From a virus (Duplodnaviria > Caudoviricetes), in IMG/VR virus record IMGVR_UViG_3300031741_000002, positions 1-55,017 of that record: DNA of 55,017 nt. One strand, 5' to 3'. The notes under the pieces were generated by a model. The model ran no database searches, was not told the origin of the DNA, and saw only the letters and a program-made list of their open reading frames with translations. Of this stretch, positions 36,760 through 48,200 are shown in pieces; positions within the stretch are counted from its first letter, which is position 1; the number at the start of each line of letters is the position of its first letter. The position numbers were made by a program, and so were the translations under genes.

Positions 36760-36956
36760 ACACTAACGAGAGTCAAACGCTGGCGAGGGATATGAAATGC
36801 CATTGTACAGGATTTATTGTATGTTTCGCAAATCCCACCGACTGTAGGTATCACAAACAATGTGTAAGACTTAAACATATTCCAACTTATTATACTTCAA
36901 CAAGCGAACTAGCAAAAGAACTATCAAAACTTAAAACAGGAGCAGACCATGAGTAA
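36756..36956 (+). CDS. Small Cys-rich protein
   Basis: Overlaps neighbouring starts and stops. Confidence 0.55.
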   Translation: MNTNESQTLARDMKCHCTGFIVCFANPTDCRYHKQCVRLKHIPTYYTSTSELAKELSKLKTGADHE

Positions 36957-37119
36957 ACTAGAGAAGATAGTTGAGGATATGATTGAGGAAATGGTTGAGC
37001 AATGCCCACGTTCGTACTGCGACGATTGCGAATATAAATGTTTCTGCACTGGAGATACAAGAGAAGAACAACTAAAGCTAACCACCACCCAAATACTAAC
37101 AGAACTTAAGGAGGATTGA
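36949..37119 (+). CDS. Small Cys-rich protein (56 aa, not in ORF track)
   Basis: AGGAG RBS; CPRSYCDDCEYKCFC. Confidence 0.55.
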   Translation: MSKLEKIVEDMIEEMVEQCPRSYCDDCEYKCFCTGDTREEQLKLTTTQILTELKED

Positions 37120-37122
37120 GAG

Positions 37123-37548
37123 ATGATAGATAGATACTTATTTAGAGGTCGCAGGATTGATAATGGCGAGTGGGTTATTGGCTGTTATCTTGATAGGTCG
37201 TGGGTTTTTGGTGGTGATGATTATTTTATTTTAGTCAAAAACGAATCATACGGAAATGAGGGCAATCCATGCGTTGAAATAACAAAACATAAAGTAGACC
37301 CCGAAACAGTCGGTCAATGCACAGGGCTTGATGTTCCTTTATTCGAAAACGACAAGTTTGAGCTATCTAGCGGAGAAACATTAATTTGCGAATATCACAA
37401 CGGGGGTTTTGGATGGTGGCAATACAAGGGTGAGAGCTACCAGTATTTTATAGGATTTTCAGATCATAACTACTTAAAAGAAATACTTGAAAAAATTAAA
37501 ATCACAGGCACAACACACGACAATCCAGAGGAGGCTATCAGTGAGTAA
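37123..37548 (+). CDS. YopX family protein
   Basis: FRGRRIDNGEWVIG, VDPETVGQCTGL, FENDK, HDNPE. Confidence 0.85.
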   Translation: MIDRYLFRGRRIDNGEWVIGCYLDRSWVFGGDDYFILVKNESYGNEGNPCVEITKHKVDPETVGQCTGLDVPLFENDKFELSSGETLICEYHNGGFGWWQYKGESYQYFIGFSDHNYLKEILEKIKITGTTHDNPEEAISE

Positions 37549-37693
37549 CAACGATTTATGGTGCGACAGATGCGGAAGTCAACATCACCCGATGAATTGT
37601 CCATTGGATAATGTAAAGCATGGCAACCGCACTCGCAGGAAGCCAAAACCGCGCAAGATAACCAAGTCCAAGATTATTAGAGGGGGGAAGTAA
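37541..37693 (+). CDS. Small zinc-knuckle basic protein
   Basis: GGAGG plus GTG start; CDRCGSQHHPMNCP. Confidence 0.5.
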   Translation: MSNNDLWCDRCGSQHHPMNCPLDNVKHGNRTRRKPKPRKITKSKIIRGGK

Positions 37694-38526
37694 TGAAAAT
37701 ACTACTAACAAACAGTAATCCACTATCAGAATGCTATCTTCGGTACATTGAAGATCTTCAAGCTTCTGATAAATACGATGCAATTACGACTACCGAGGAT
37801 ATTAGAGCGTTCCCGGATTATCTTGAACGATATAAAAACCTTTTAGTAATTGAACGCGGCGATAGTGCTGAAATCAGGAACCGTAAAGTAATTGCGCATC
37901 CAAGCGTTACTACTTTCGTAAAAATGTATTCATATACGGACTTAAAATATCATAATGATCCGTCAATAGGCGGACGAGTATTTTTAGAAACACTTGCAAC
38001 GGAAGAAGAATTTAAGGAACATGCTAAATTACCACTGCAGGTATCAGAAAAGGATTTTGCCAAAATACAATTTGGTTTCAACTTCCTGCATTATACCAGG
38101 CTTGAAACATTATTTGAAATGCTTAAGAAAACTGAAATTAAAGATACTCTTGAGCGACCTATTGATTACTTCTTTGCTGGTACTGTGGAATACAATAAAG
38201 AAAGTATCTCTGGTAGATTGATTTCCGCGCATCGTGAATCATGGATAAGGTCAATTGAGCAACATAGAGAAAAAGGTTTTAATGTTGAAGTACACCGCAG
38301 CAAGAAGCTTAATTTTACACAATTTGTTGACAAACTATTGAATACCAAATATATTGTATCACCTTTCGGTTGGGGTGAAATGTGTTATCGAGACTATGAA
38401 GCTGAACTATGCGGTTGTACAGTTGTTAAATCGTTTCATCACCCAATATCAGCATATCCGCGTGGCGAATCTCTCGTTCACGATAAAATTAATGAACATA
38501 ATGTAATCAAGGAGTTATTGAAATGA
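37693..38526 (+). CDS. Glycosyltransferase-like (exostosin/GT-B C-domain)
   Basis: RPIDYFFAG, TKYIVSPFGWGEMCYRDYEAELCGC. Confidence 0.65.
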   Translation: MKILLTNSNPLSECYLRYIEDLQASDKYDAITTTEDIRAFPDYLERYKNLLVIERGDSAEIRNRKVIAHPSVTTFVKMYSYTDLKYHNDPSIGGRVFLETLATEEEFKEHAKLPLQVSEKDFAKIQFGFNFLHYTRLETLFEMLKKTEIKDTLERPIDYFFAGTVEYNKESISGRLISAHRESWIRSIEQHREKGFNVEVHRSKKLNFTQFVDKLLNTKYIVSPFGWGEMCYRDYEAELCGCTVVKSFHHPISAYPRGESLVHDKINEHNVIKELLK

Positions 38527-38723
38527 GTTTATGCAATCACGAATTTAGACCTCGATATAACGAGGGCGAAATAGATGGCGGTCAATTATATGATATTCTA
38601 AATATGATATTGCCTAGTAATATTACAAAAACTATTACCGCAGCGAAATCTAAAACATATATCCACGATATTTGTATTAAATGTGGTAAACTTATAAAAA
38701 AGGAGAATCAAAACAATGAATAA
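38523..38723 (+). CDS. Small zinc-finger protein
   Basis: CNHEF...CIKCG. Confidence 0.55.
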   Translation: MSLCNHEFRPRYNEGEIDGGQLYDILNMILPSNITKTITAAKSKTYIHDICIKCGKLIKKENQNNE

Positions 38724-39300
38724 ACTAAAAGTAAGTTTTCCGTATCCGACAGTCAAACCAAGTATTGAGAAAGACTTTACAAATGGTAGACCGACCGGAT
38801 GGTGTAATGGTGTCAATATTGGCATGTTCGAGGAAATAATCACTCCTGAAATGAAAGTTATCATTGATGGTGGCTCATTCATGGGTTGTTCAGCTTCTCA
38901 TTTTCTGGAACTCGCGCCTAATGCAAGTATTATCTGTATCGATCATTGGAAAGGAAGCATTGAACATCAACAAAGGGAAGATGTGAACGAACTATTTGAA
39001 AAGTTCATTGTCAATATGTGGGATCATAAAGATAGAGTATTCCCTGTTCGTAAAGATTCTACCGTAGGATTATTGGCAGTCAAGGCGGCAGGAGTTGAAC
39101 CGGATCTAATCTATATCGATTGGAGCCACGACACAACAAATGTCATAAATGATATTACAGAAGCATACAAATTGTTCCCTGATGCGATTATCTGCGGTGA
39201 CGATTACACATGGCCTAGCGTTAAAAAAGCCGTTCAAATAATGATTGATACTCGCGGATTTGAATTTAAAACGTATGAAACTTGCTGGAGGTTGTTGTAA
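38716..39300 (+). CDS. Class I SAM-dependent methyltransferase (Methyltransf_24-like)
   Basis: IDGGSFMGCS, CIDHW, DLIYIDWSH, CGDDY.W..V. Confidence 0.85.
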   Translation: MNKLKVSFPYPTVKPSIEKDFTNGRPTGWCNGVNIGMFEEIITPEMKVIIDGGSFMGCSASHFLELAPNASIICIDHWKGSIEHQQREDVNELFEKFIVNMWDHKDRVFPVRKDSTVGLLAVKAAGVEPDLIYIDWSHDTTNVINDITEAYKLFPDAIICGDDYTWPSVKKAVQIMIDTRGFEFKTYETCWRLL

Positions 39301-39548
39301 TGGCTAAATACATGAAGAAACCTGTTATCATTGTTGATGCTATTCAATTCTCAGGATTCAATTTTGTTAAATGCAAAAAGTTTATCGGCGGTAAAGTTGA
39401 TAACACCTTGAAGTATCCGAATATTATTACTCCATCGGCGCAAACGGAAGAAGTCGTTAAAGGCGATTGGATTCTCAAGGATAGACTCGGAAATCTCGCA
39501 ATAATGAAACCTAAAATGTTTGCAGCTTGCTATGAGGTGATAAAGTGA
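39300..39548 (+). CDS. Conserved phage protein (KKPV family)
   Basis: MAKYMKKPVII.DAIQF...GDWI...KP.MF..YE. Confidence 0.75.
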   Translation: MAKYMKKPVIIVDAIQFSGFNFVKCKKFIGGKVDNTLKYPNIITPSAQTEEVVKGDWILKDRLGNLAIMKPKMFAACYEVIK

Positions 39549-40180
39549 TGAATTACAAAGATTTTATGAAGAAAACAGTCAAAGAAGCCGCGGCATGGAG
39601 AATATTCATTGTCCTGTATGGCTTCTGTGAATGCTACGGTATGGAAAAGTATCTTCATTGGTACTCGGCAGTAAATAGGCTAATCGACTTCATAAACGCC
39701 TTAAAGCTTCCAGATGATATAAAACTCAAGACTCTGGATATATCCGCCGGTATGGGATTTTTGCCATTCGTGCTAAAGGTTGCTGGACATGATGTTTCTC
39801 TTACGGAAGTATACGATGAGAAAACCAACATATACCATAATGCGTATAAAATCTTAGGATTGCCGCTTGCAATAGACTTCAAGTATCCGCAAAGTAAATT
39901 TATAGCGTTACCGAGTGAATGCGGAACCTATGACTTGATTACTGCTGTTGCTGTTGCTCCTATGTCAAGATGGAATAAAAAGGATTGGGAATCATTCATT
40001 ATAAACTGTTTTGAGCACATGCCTGTAAATGGACGGCTAATAATTTCGCCAAATAAATCACCAGGGAAGAAAGCATTAATCGAATACTTACACGAACTTG
40101 AGGGGTTCGGGCTATTCTATTTTACCAAAAACGTAATCGAAACATCTAAATTTGAAGCATTCGAGATAATTAAAATTTAA
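39545..40180 (+). CDS. Class I SAM-dependent methyltransferase
   Basis: TLDISAGMG, YDLITA, GRLII. Confidence 0.75.
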   Translation: MMNYKDFMKKTVKEAAAWRIFIVLYGFCECYGMEKYLHWYSAVNRLIDFINALKLPDDIKLKTLDISAGMGFLPFVLKVAGHDVSLTEVYDEKTNIYHNAYKILGLPLAIDFKYPQSKFIALPSECGTYDLITAVAVAPMSRWNKKDWESFIINCFEHMPVNGRLIISPNKSPGKKALIEYLHELEGFGLFYFTKNVIETSKFEAFEIIKI

Positions 40181-40198
40181 CCAATAAGGAGAAGTATT

Positions 40199-40606
40199 AT
40201 GTTTATTTCAAATAGAGTAAAGGGAAAGCTTATTGAAGTACTACAATTTTATCAAGAGGATATTAACAAGTTAGAATCAGAAATCAAATTAATAAAAGCG
40301 GATAAAGGTCGCAATGACGAATTACTAAAAGAGCTGCAAAGGCAACTAGGTTGCGGCATATCTCACGAAAGCGACCCTTTGCTGGTATATTCTAGTCCAG
40401 ACCCATATCAATTTTGTGTAATTACGATTCCGCCAGAAGAAAGATGTTCTGTTTGCGGAAAAGTTTTAAGAATGTTTGAAGACCATGAATCAGCAGACAA
40501 AAGACGGTCAGAGTTATTACTCGAAAAATCTGAACGATTCCGCCAAAAAGCAGAAAAACTCGATCCATCATTAAACCCTCCAGGAACAAAGAGGAAATCA
40601 GTTTGA
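40199..40606 (+). CDS. Hypothetical protein
   Basis: AAGGAG RBS; coiled coil plus CSVCG. Confidence 0.6.
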   Translation: MFISNRVKGKLIEVLQFYQEDINKLESEIKLIKADKGRNDELLKELQRQLGCGISHESDPLLVYSSPDPYQFCVITIPPEERCSVCGKVLRMFEDHESADKRRSELLLEKSERFRQKAEKLDPSLNPPGTKRKSV

Positions 40607-40630
40607 CAATTCGACTTTAACAACTATAAT
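40603..40630 (+). promoter_or_regulatory. Sigma70 promoter
   Basis: TTGACA-16-TATAAT. Confidence 0.78.
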
Positions 40631-40637
40631 AATTTAT

Positions 40638-40711
40638 GGGGAACGGTACTCGTTGACATCTTACCTTATTTAAGTTTCAACTTCCCCCAGGAAACAACGA
40701 TGCCGTTTCCC
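40638..40711 (+). ncRNA. Candidate hairpin regulatory RNA with anti-RBS loop
   Basis: Begins at the predicted TSS; 11+6 bp stem with 2 G-U pairs; 39-nt pyrimidine-rich loop. Confidence 0.55.
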
Positions 40712-40737
40712 TCTTTAACCAAAGCCAAAGGAGTATT

Positions 40738-41226
40738 ATGTTTACAACAATAGTCGATTTAATGGCAATTTTATATCTCTTTATAATCCTGTTTATTCTT
40801 GTCCGCAAAAGAAAAGAAAAAAAGAAAGGCGAAGCAATAATTAACGGGTATTTAGATGATCCGGATATCCCTAAGAATGTAAAATTACAACTTAAAAATA
40901 GCCTTGGTTCTGATTATGCAGGGAAAATTCACGATGAACTATATGTTGATCCGTTACAGCAAACTACATATCGCGCGCATGAGACTATCCAGCAAGCCAA
41001 GGATGGAATTATCAGGGAAGCGATAAATCATGTTCTCGGTACCGATAAATGGGAGCTGGACGAAGTTAAGGGTAGATGTCAGATGGTTTCAATTGAAAGA
41101 TTAGAAAAATTTACAATGGACGGGAAAGAATTGATTATATTCTATCCACCTACACAGGAGCTTCCGTCAGAGTTATACGGTGTTTATACAGCAACTCTTT
41201 CATTTGAATACATAATACTTTATTAG
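40738..41226 (+). CDS. Membrane-anchored hypothetical protein
   Basis: N-terminal TM helix then basic stretch; AAGGAG RBS. Confidence 0.65.
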   Translation: MFTTIVDLMAILYLFIILFILVRKRKEKKKGEAIINGYLDDPDIPKNVKLQLKNSLGSDYAGKIHDELYVDPLQQTTYRAHETIQQAKDGIIREAINHVLGTDKWELDEVKGRCQMVSIERLEKFTMDGKELIIFYPPTQELPSELYGVYTATLSFEYIILY

Positions 41227-41234
41227 GAGGGATT

Positions 41235-41624
41235 ATGAAAAGATGTAAAACATGCAAAAAAACATTGGATGAAGCTGAATTTTACAAAAATTCTAGCCAT
41301 CTTCATTGCAAAATATGCTATTTAAAAGGAAGAAGAAGTTCATATCATAGCAAAAAAAACAAAAAAACTATAATATGTCCAATTTGCAAAAGCAATGAAA
41401 CCAAAAAAAAATTAAGATATTGCAAAATGTGCCGGTGCCTAAAAAGGAGATTAAATTACGAAAAAAATAAAGAAACCGCACTAAGGAGATGCAAGAGATA
41501 TAGAGATAGACACGGGATCGATATAAACAGAAAGAATGCAGAATATAAAAAAAGAACAAAAATAACAATCTCGACAAAACGATTTTTCCAACTGGCTAAC
41601 ATGGGAGTAATAAAAGATGACTAA
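41235..41624 (+). CDS. Basic multi-CxxC zinc-finger protein
   Basis: CKTC, CKIC, CPIC, CKMC; AGGAGG RBS. Confidence 0.65.
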   Translation: MKRCKTCKKTLDEAEFYKNSSHLHCKICYLKGRRSSYHSKKNKKTIICPICKSNETKKKLRYCKMCRCLKRRLNYEKNKETALRRCKRYRDRHGIDINRKNAEYKKRTKITISTKRFFQLANMGVIKDD

Positions 41625-42171
41625 ACTAACAAAGACCACATCAATGCAAATCGTCAACCTGGTAAATAATGGGGTGGAAAGCTGGATAAAAGCAGGTGAA
41701 TTAATATCTAAAGTAATAGATAATAATCCAAAATGCATGATTAAACTATCTTTAAAAACCGGTTTATCTCAATCATTGCTAAATGCACTTCTAAGAATGG
41801 GCAATAAAACACTATATCCCCATTTAATGTTAAAGGATTCATTAGGGTATTCTAGACTAGAAAAGTGCTCATATGAAGCCCAGGAAAAATATTTTTCTCA
41901 TCCAGTAGACTTACTCGTTGTAAGCAAAGACGGATATGATACACTAAAGGTTTTAATTGAAAACCTAACGAAAAATCAAATTGGACAGGTTTTTAACAAC
42001 GGAGAAATAAGATCATTACCTGCGCAAAGGGCTTATCTTGAATCATTTAAAACATTTAGTGATATAACAGAGGCAAAACTAATATATTCCATAGATGGAG
42101 ACTCTCTTATTATTTTAAGAAAAACTAGATTCTCCAAAAAACAACTTATTAAAATAATAGACTCAATGTAA
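41617..42171 (+). CDS. Hypothetical protein
   Basis: 184 aa; overlaps the upstream stop. Confidence 0.7.
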   Translation: MTKLTKTTSMQIVNLVNNGVESWIKAGELISKVIDNNPKCMIKLSLKTGLSQSLLNALLRMGNKTLYPHLMLKDSLGYSRLEKCSYEAQEKYFSHPVDLLVVSKDGYDTLKVLIENLTKNQIGQVFNNGEIRSLPAQRAYLESFKTFSDITEAKLIYSIDGDSLIILRKTRFSKKQLIKIIDSM

Positions 42172-42195
42172 AGGTTTCATTTGAAATGAGACCTT
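42171..42195. terminator. Hairpin between convergent blocks
   Basis: AAGGTTTCATT...AATGAGACCTT. Confidence 0.6.
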
Positions 42196-42221
42196 GAGTT
42201 TATACATTTAAAAACGCGAAA

Positions 42222-45200
42222 CTATTTCTTCTTCATCAACTCGGAGAACATCTTTCTAACTTCCTCGGTTTTGGATTGCCGTCTTGCCCTGCGGTATTTT
42301 GATCGTAGGATAACTTTGACTTGTTTTCTTTCCTTGCGTGTAGCAATGGTATAAACATTCAGAGCATCCCTAATTGAAAGACGATTGAACGAACTTGCAA
42401 ATGGTGTTTTCCTCGCTTCTTTGCGCAACATAACATAAGAGCGCCGGCCAAGAATCTTAACAGCTTCTTTTACATCAATCTTTTCGCCTTTCCGAATCCT
42501 GTTTATCACAGTACGGCGATATGTTGACCGTTCAAACTTCTCTTGAGTTTTAACTTTATCAGGTATTCTTTCTACAATTAATCTTGTCATTAGCTTTTGC
42601 GCCGGACTTTTACTTAAGTATCCCGGAGCCGAACTTATGCCAGTAATTGAAACTCCTAGATTCTTTAATTTATTACCAGGTGCCGCTTTATTCATTTTTG
42701 CATAGTTCTTTATGGAAAACGGTAGGAAAGCTTCTGCTATATGTTCAACAACTTGTCCAGCTTGTTTCATAAGCGGATCATCCGTATGTCTTACTTCAAC
42801 ATTAAAGTAATCCTTATTCTTTGCTAAGTCGCCCAGTAATCCCCATAACGGGTGCATTTTATGTGTAATGGTTTTCAATGGTTGTTCAGCATAAGCATAC
42901 CAATCTTTCGCGTATGTAGGCAATGACAATCTTTCAGGAGATCCATCAGGATTTGTATTACCGGTTTTTGGGAAAAGATAATCTTTAGCTTCTTCTGGGG
43001 GTTCGCCAGTCAAAGCGTATTGGATTATTGCGCCCAATACGGAATAGGTTACGACTGCCCCTATCGTATAAGCCATTTTTTGACTGAGCCATACATCGCC
43101 CTCTTTAATTCTTTCATTGGTTGTTCCTATATCGACAATTCCGCCGCCGAACTCTCTCCATGACCCTATATTCCACCCAACACTTCTTACTGCCAGCATT
43201 AATGAATCTTTAAGAGTTTTATTCCAGAATAAATTATCATAAACTAACTGACCCATGCGGTTATCTACATTATCCCATGATTGAGTTAATCGTTCCCACA
43301 GTTGATCTTCATCTATTTGTCCATTTTCTGCTCTTTCAAATTCATGTTGAGCAAGTTTAGAGAATAAGCCTATTTTCCCGGTCGGTACATACCATTCCAT
43401 TAATGGCTTTGCTAAATTCTCCATAGTCGCACCGAATAGATTAAAAGGTAATTTCATACTACTCTTCATTTTGGTAAAGGCATCGCCCTTTGATATATCA
43501 GCAAGTGTTTTATTTAGGGCTTTAATTTGTTGATTATAATAGAACGCATCCATTTTAGAACGACCGCCGGAAGCTATAACAGCCTCTACCATTTGCCTTA
43601 ATTTAGGATTTTCAATACTGTCTAATTGTTTTTTATAAGCTTTTCTTATCCGCTGGCCACTCCATACTCTCATAATCGGAGCAATCGGAGTAACCGCCAT
43701 ATCTGCAAGGCCCTTAATTCTTTGCCCTTTAACTTGAAGTTTACGCAATCCCAAGCCAAACGTTGAAGCCATCATATCGCTCGTAACATTCAGCGCATGA
43801 AAAAGACTCAAGGCTAAGTTTGCTTGATTCAGTACATTTCCACCACCACGAAGCATATTATAAGTATTCGCGATTATTTTATTATTATTGCTGCGTAATC
43901 CCGGAGATAAGTAATTATTAAGAATCGTTCCTACTGGTTCAACTGCATAAAAATTACCCAACGTGGTAAATCCTGGAACTTTTATTTTTGCTTCATTTTC
44001 GCCTAAAACTAAGGACGGCTTAATGTCAAGCAATGGTCTTAGGTCTGCATTGTTATTCAGGAACTTTACAAATACCTTTTTGAGATCAGGCGCAACTCTT
44101 TTAAATTCGTCCGGCGCATGAATAAGAGCTTCAAGCATGACAGCTTCTTTTTCGCGACCTTTTCTAACATACTTTTTGAATCCCTCGGTTACTTCTGACC
44201 CTTTATATCTTGCATCTGCCAAAGCGCGCCATTGAGCATCAATTTTTCTACGGTAATCAAGGATTTCCGGTGTAGCTTTTAGATATGTTTTCCCAGCATT
44301 CTTGCCCGTCTTGTGAGTTTTAATCTCTCCGTCATTTCTGCGACCAAGTAAATCATATAGGTTATATCGGTATCCCAATACATGACCTATTTCATGGAAT
44401 GCTACACTTTCAGGAGAAGCTAATTTTGTTCTGACTTCTTCGCCACCCTCCATTCCTGGATACCATTTAGCATACCCAAGGCGCTTACCGCCAAGATTAA
44501 CAAATCTTTTTGCATCAACCCCAAGATGTTCAGCCACGCTCATTAAATCATTTACCATAATTTTATCATAATAATCTTTTTTTGTAATTTCGGGCGGCAT
44601 ATAAACCGTGAATGCGTTATCATTAATTTTAACATAACCCTCTGGAAATGGACTTCTAGCATATACAAATTTGATTTGACCTCGTTCTTTCAAATCTTTA
44701 ATCATGTTTTGAGCCATGATGTACCTATCCATTTCATGCAACTTCAAGAGAACCATGTCTGCAGGATTATCACTTACTAACTCAAGCCCTCGTTCAATTC
44801 CGTCTTTGATCGATACAATGACACGTTTCTTCAAGAATGATTTAGTCCCCTCAATATTCTTTTTACCCATGATCGAGGAAATAATATTTTTAGCTTTTTT
44901 CGGATCTTTCCAAATATGAGGAAAATAATTATCGATATAGTTTTCAAGTTGACCCTTGCCTAAGTTTTGGATAGTATTACGCCGACCGTCAAGTAAATCC
45001 CTGAACATATCCGCTGATTTTTGTAATTCTTTAGTTTTCTGTGGCTTCCCGGTTTCCATGTTGTCTATAAAGTCCAAACTATCCTTTGTGTCCATCCATG
45101 TAAAGGCTTTGTGCATTTTTTCTAAGGCATCAGCAACAACAACGTCATTGTGAGCAAGTTCAGCTATATTCTTGCGTAATATCTTTTTGCCTACCAATGC

Positions 45201-48200
45201 ACCTTTACGCGCGGCAGGAGCTACCATCTTCAATGTTTCATCAATTACGCCAAATTTATTAACCGGCATTTCTTCGGCAACTTTTGAATAATCTGTTTGT
45301 GCTACTTTTTCTCGTTTATCATTTGCGGCGGACTTCTCACTTGATTCAATAGTTCCATATCCGCCTGTTCTTACTTTATTCTTATCATCAATACTCAACA
45401 TAATATCCGGGCTATCGGTCGGAGCCTTGTTCTGCGTGGACTTGATTTGGTTGGGGGAGAATACAGCAAATGTTCTTTTGTCGAATTTATCTAAATGCTC
45501 TATTCCATCATACCCTATGGATTTTAAAAAGTTGCTAGTGCTTTTAAGATTTATATACTCCCAAGCGAAAGCCTGACTATAATCTATTACATTTTGTGAA
45601 TGTTCTTTAATAGCATTTTTTTTATATTCATTAAACCTATCAGTAGAAACATTTTTTTCTTTTATCACATTTCTTAATCTACTAAAATAATCACTGATAT
45701 TTACTACTTTTGCTATTTTCCTATACTTGAAATCAATCGGATTAGAAATCTTAAAATATAATTCCATCACCTTGCCATTTTTTGTGTCGTGTAGACCAGC
45801 GTATTTTATGGCGAAATCTTTATCCTCAGCCCCCCAAAATACACCATCGTTTGCTATTGTAAAATCCTTATCAGTCCCATGATAAACCACCAACGGCTCA
45901 CCCTTAGAGTCAACCACCTTAGAGTCCCCGAACCACTTCTTGAACTGCGGAGTATCGATGGAGAAGCGTACTTCTTTAAGTAGTTTTTTTCCTACAACGT
46001 CAATATCCGAGGAGCCGAATAGTTTTTTAAGTTCATCTGCTGGCATTCTATCCCAAACTTTACGATAATGTTTTGCTTCAATATCTGTTACTGATTCAGA
46101 TACCACAAGAGACGCATATTGTTCTAATGTCTTTTTTGCGTGCGGTTCTAATGTTCTTGCGCCATTCTCAACTTTTGTTAAATGAGCTATAGATTCAGTT
46201 ACGGTATCGCCTTGAGATTTCCAATCAGCAGCTTTTCTACCCATATTTTTAATCTTTTTCGCAAATGCTTCCAATACGCCCTTTTCGTTCCATATAGTAA
46301 AGCCTTTACCGTTAGGAAATTCAACACGGACAATACTATTTTTAGCACCTTTGATTGCTTTTGTTTCAGGAGCTTTTTTAGATAACTCTGTAAATATAGC
46401 AGATAATTCTTTTTTGCTCGGTACGGTTTTAAGTTTTCTTACTTCTGCGTATACGTCGCCTTTTATGTTGGTTTCAATAGTCGGAGTAGTGGATAGGGCG
46501 GATCTTTCCGCTGCTTCCTTTATTCCTTTTTCCTGTTTCCTTTTATCAAATTTCTCTTTTACTTTATCTGCAACTTCACTATCCACCTTGATTTTTGCAA
46601 CATGCTTATCATAAACTTCGCCCAATATCTTAGCTTTCAAACGTGCGAGCTTGCCGTTCACAACATCACCCTTTGCGAGTGGATAAGTTTTACCAGTTGC
46701 ATTATCTCGTACGCCGCCTGGAACTTTATTCTTATCAACCGTGAACCTAGACTTGTGAGCATCGATCCATTCTTGCCGTGATAGTGTCTTTTTGCCCGCA
46801 GGTTCTTTTTTAACAGTTTCCGCCTCAACAACAACCTTTTTAACCTCTTTCTTCTCTACTTTGACCGCAGGGGTTGGCTCTATTTTAGTTTTCTTGACGG
46901 GAGTTGGTTTTGATTTTGGAGTAGGTTTTTGTTCTATTTTGCTTACTCTTTTCCAACTTTTCCCTTTAATTAAATCTCTAACAAGAGAGCGACTCATTCC
47001 TCCAAACTCTTTGCCCGTAGAATCGGTAAACTTAATTGTATTGCCTTTTATGCTCCTTATTGTTACTTCGCCACTCATGTTTGTATTGCCCTGTGGGTCT
47101 AAAACATCTCCAACTTTAAACTCGTTAGCAACGCCCTTTGTTTTGCCTTTTACTGGCTTAACTTCCGCTTTCTTTTCAACCACCGGCGCAATACTCTTAT
47201 TCATAAAATCTTCGCCAGCCTTGATTGCTTGGTCAAGGTTCTTCCCAAATATCTTGCTCATATTGCTGTCTTTCCTGCCGTCAAATATCTTACCCATTCT
47301 TTTGCGAATCTCTTTGAATATCTCAAGGATTTTCTCGTATAGGTTGGCGTCTAGTTCATGTAGATTTTTCCAAAATGATTCATTTCCTGCCTGTTCTTCT
47401 ATTAGGTATGCTCCGAGTTCTTGCATTAATCCTTCCTTGCTTGGTGTTCTTCCTAGTAATTCTGTTATTTTTTTTGACTTTTCAGCAGCCCACGCTTTGT
47501 AATTATCGCCATCGTAGAGTTCTTCTAGTTTGCTACTGAATTTATCCCAAAGTTTAGGGTGTCTAGTTTGAAAAACGTGTGTAAATTCATGGGTTGCGAG
47601 AGATAATGGGGATTTTTCTGCATCAATATTTATAAACACATTACCATTATATTCAAATGCCCCTACGTTTTCTTTACCCATTTTTACAAAAATGACCGGT
47701 GCCTCTAACTCGTCGCCTATTTTTTTAAGACCCTGCGAAATTTTATCATCTCCTACATCTGCTCTTTCTATTTTTAAATTTGGACTACGTTCAATAACTT
47801 CAGCTATGCTTTTGTCAATAGCATCGGGTTTTTGTTCTGGATTGATAGCATTGTCTGCTTGGGGAATTTTTCTGCTATTTTTTTCTTCTACCAGAGAATC
47901 TCTTTCTTTAATCAATTTATTAATCATTGCTTTATTTCCGCTACCATCATCACTATCTATAATCTTATTATATCCATCAATTGTATAATCGAGCGCATCA
48001 TCACTCATGTCTTTAACTTGAATAGTTTTGCCAGGAATAACATCTTCTCTTTCTATTTTTCCCTTTTCCGTTTCCTTACCTTCACCCTCTGCCGGAAACT
48101 CCTGCGCTATTTCATCTTCTGTGATTGGAGTTTCAACAATATCATCAATCGCATCGACAAGTGGTTCAACGGTGTCTATTTCTGTATCAGGAGCTTCTTC

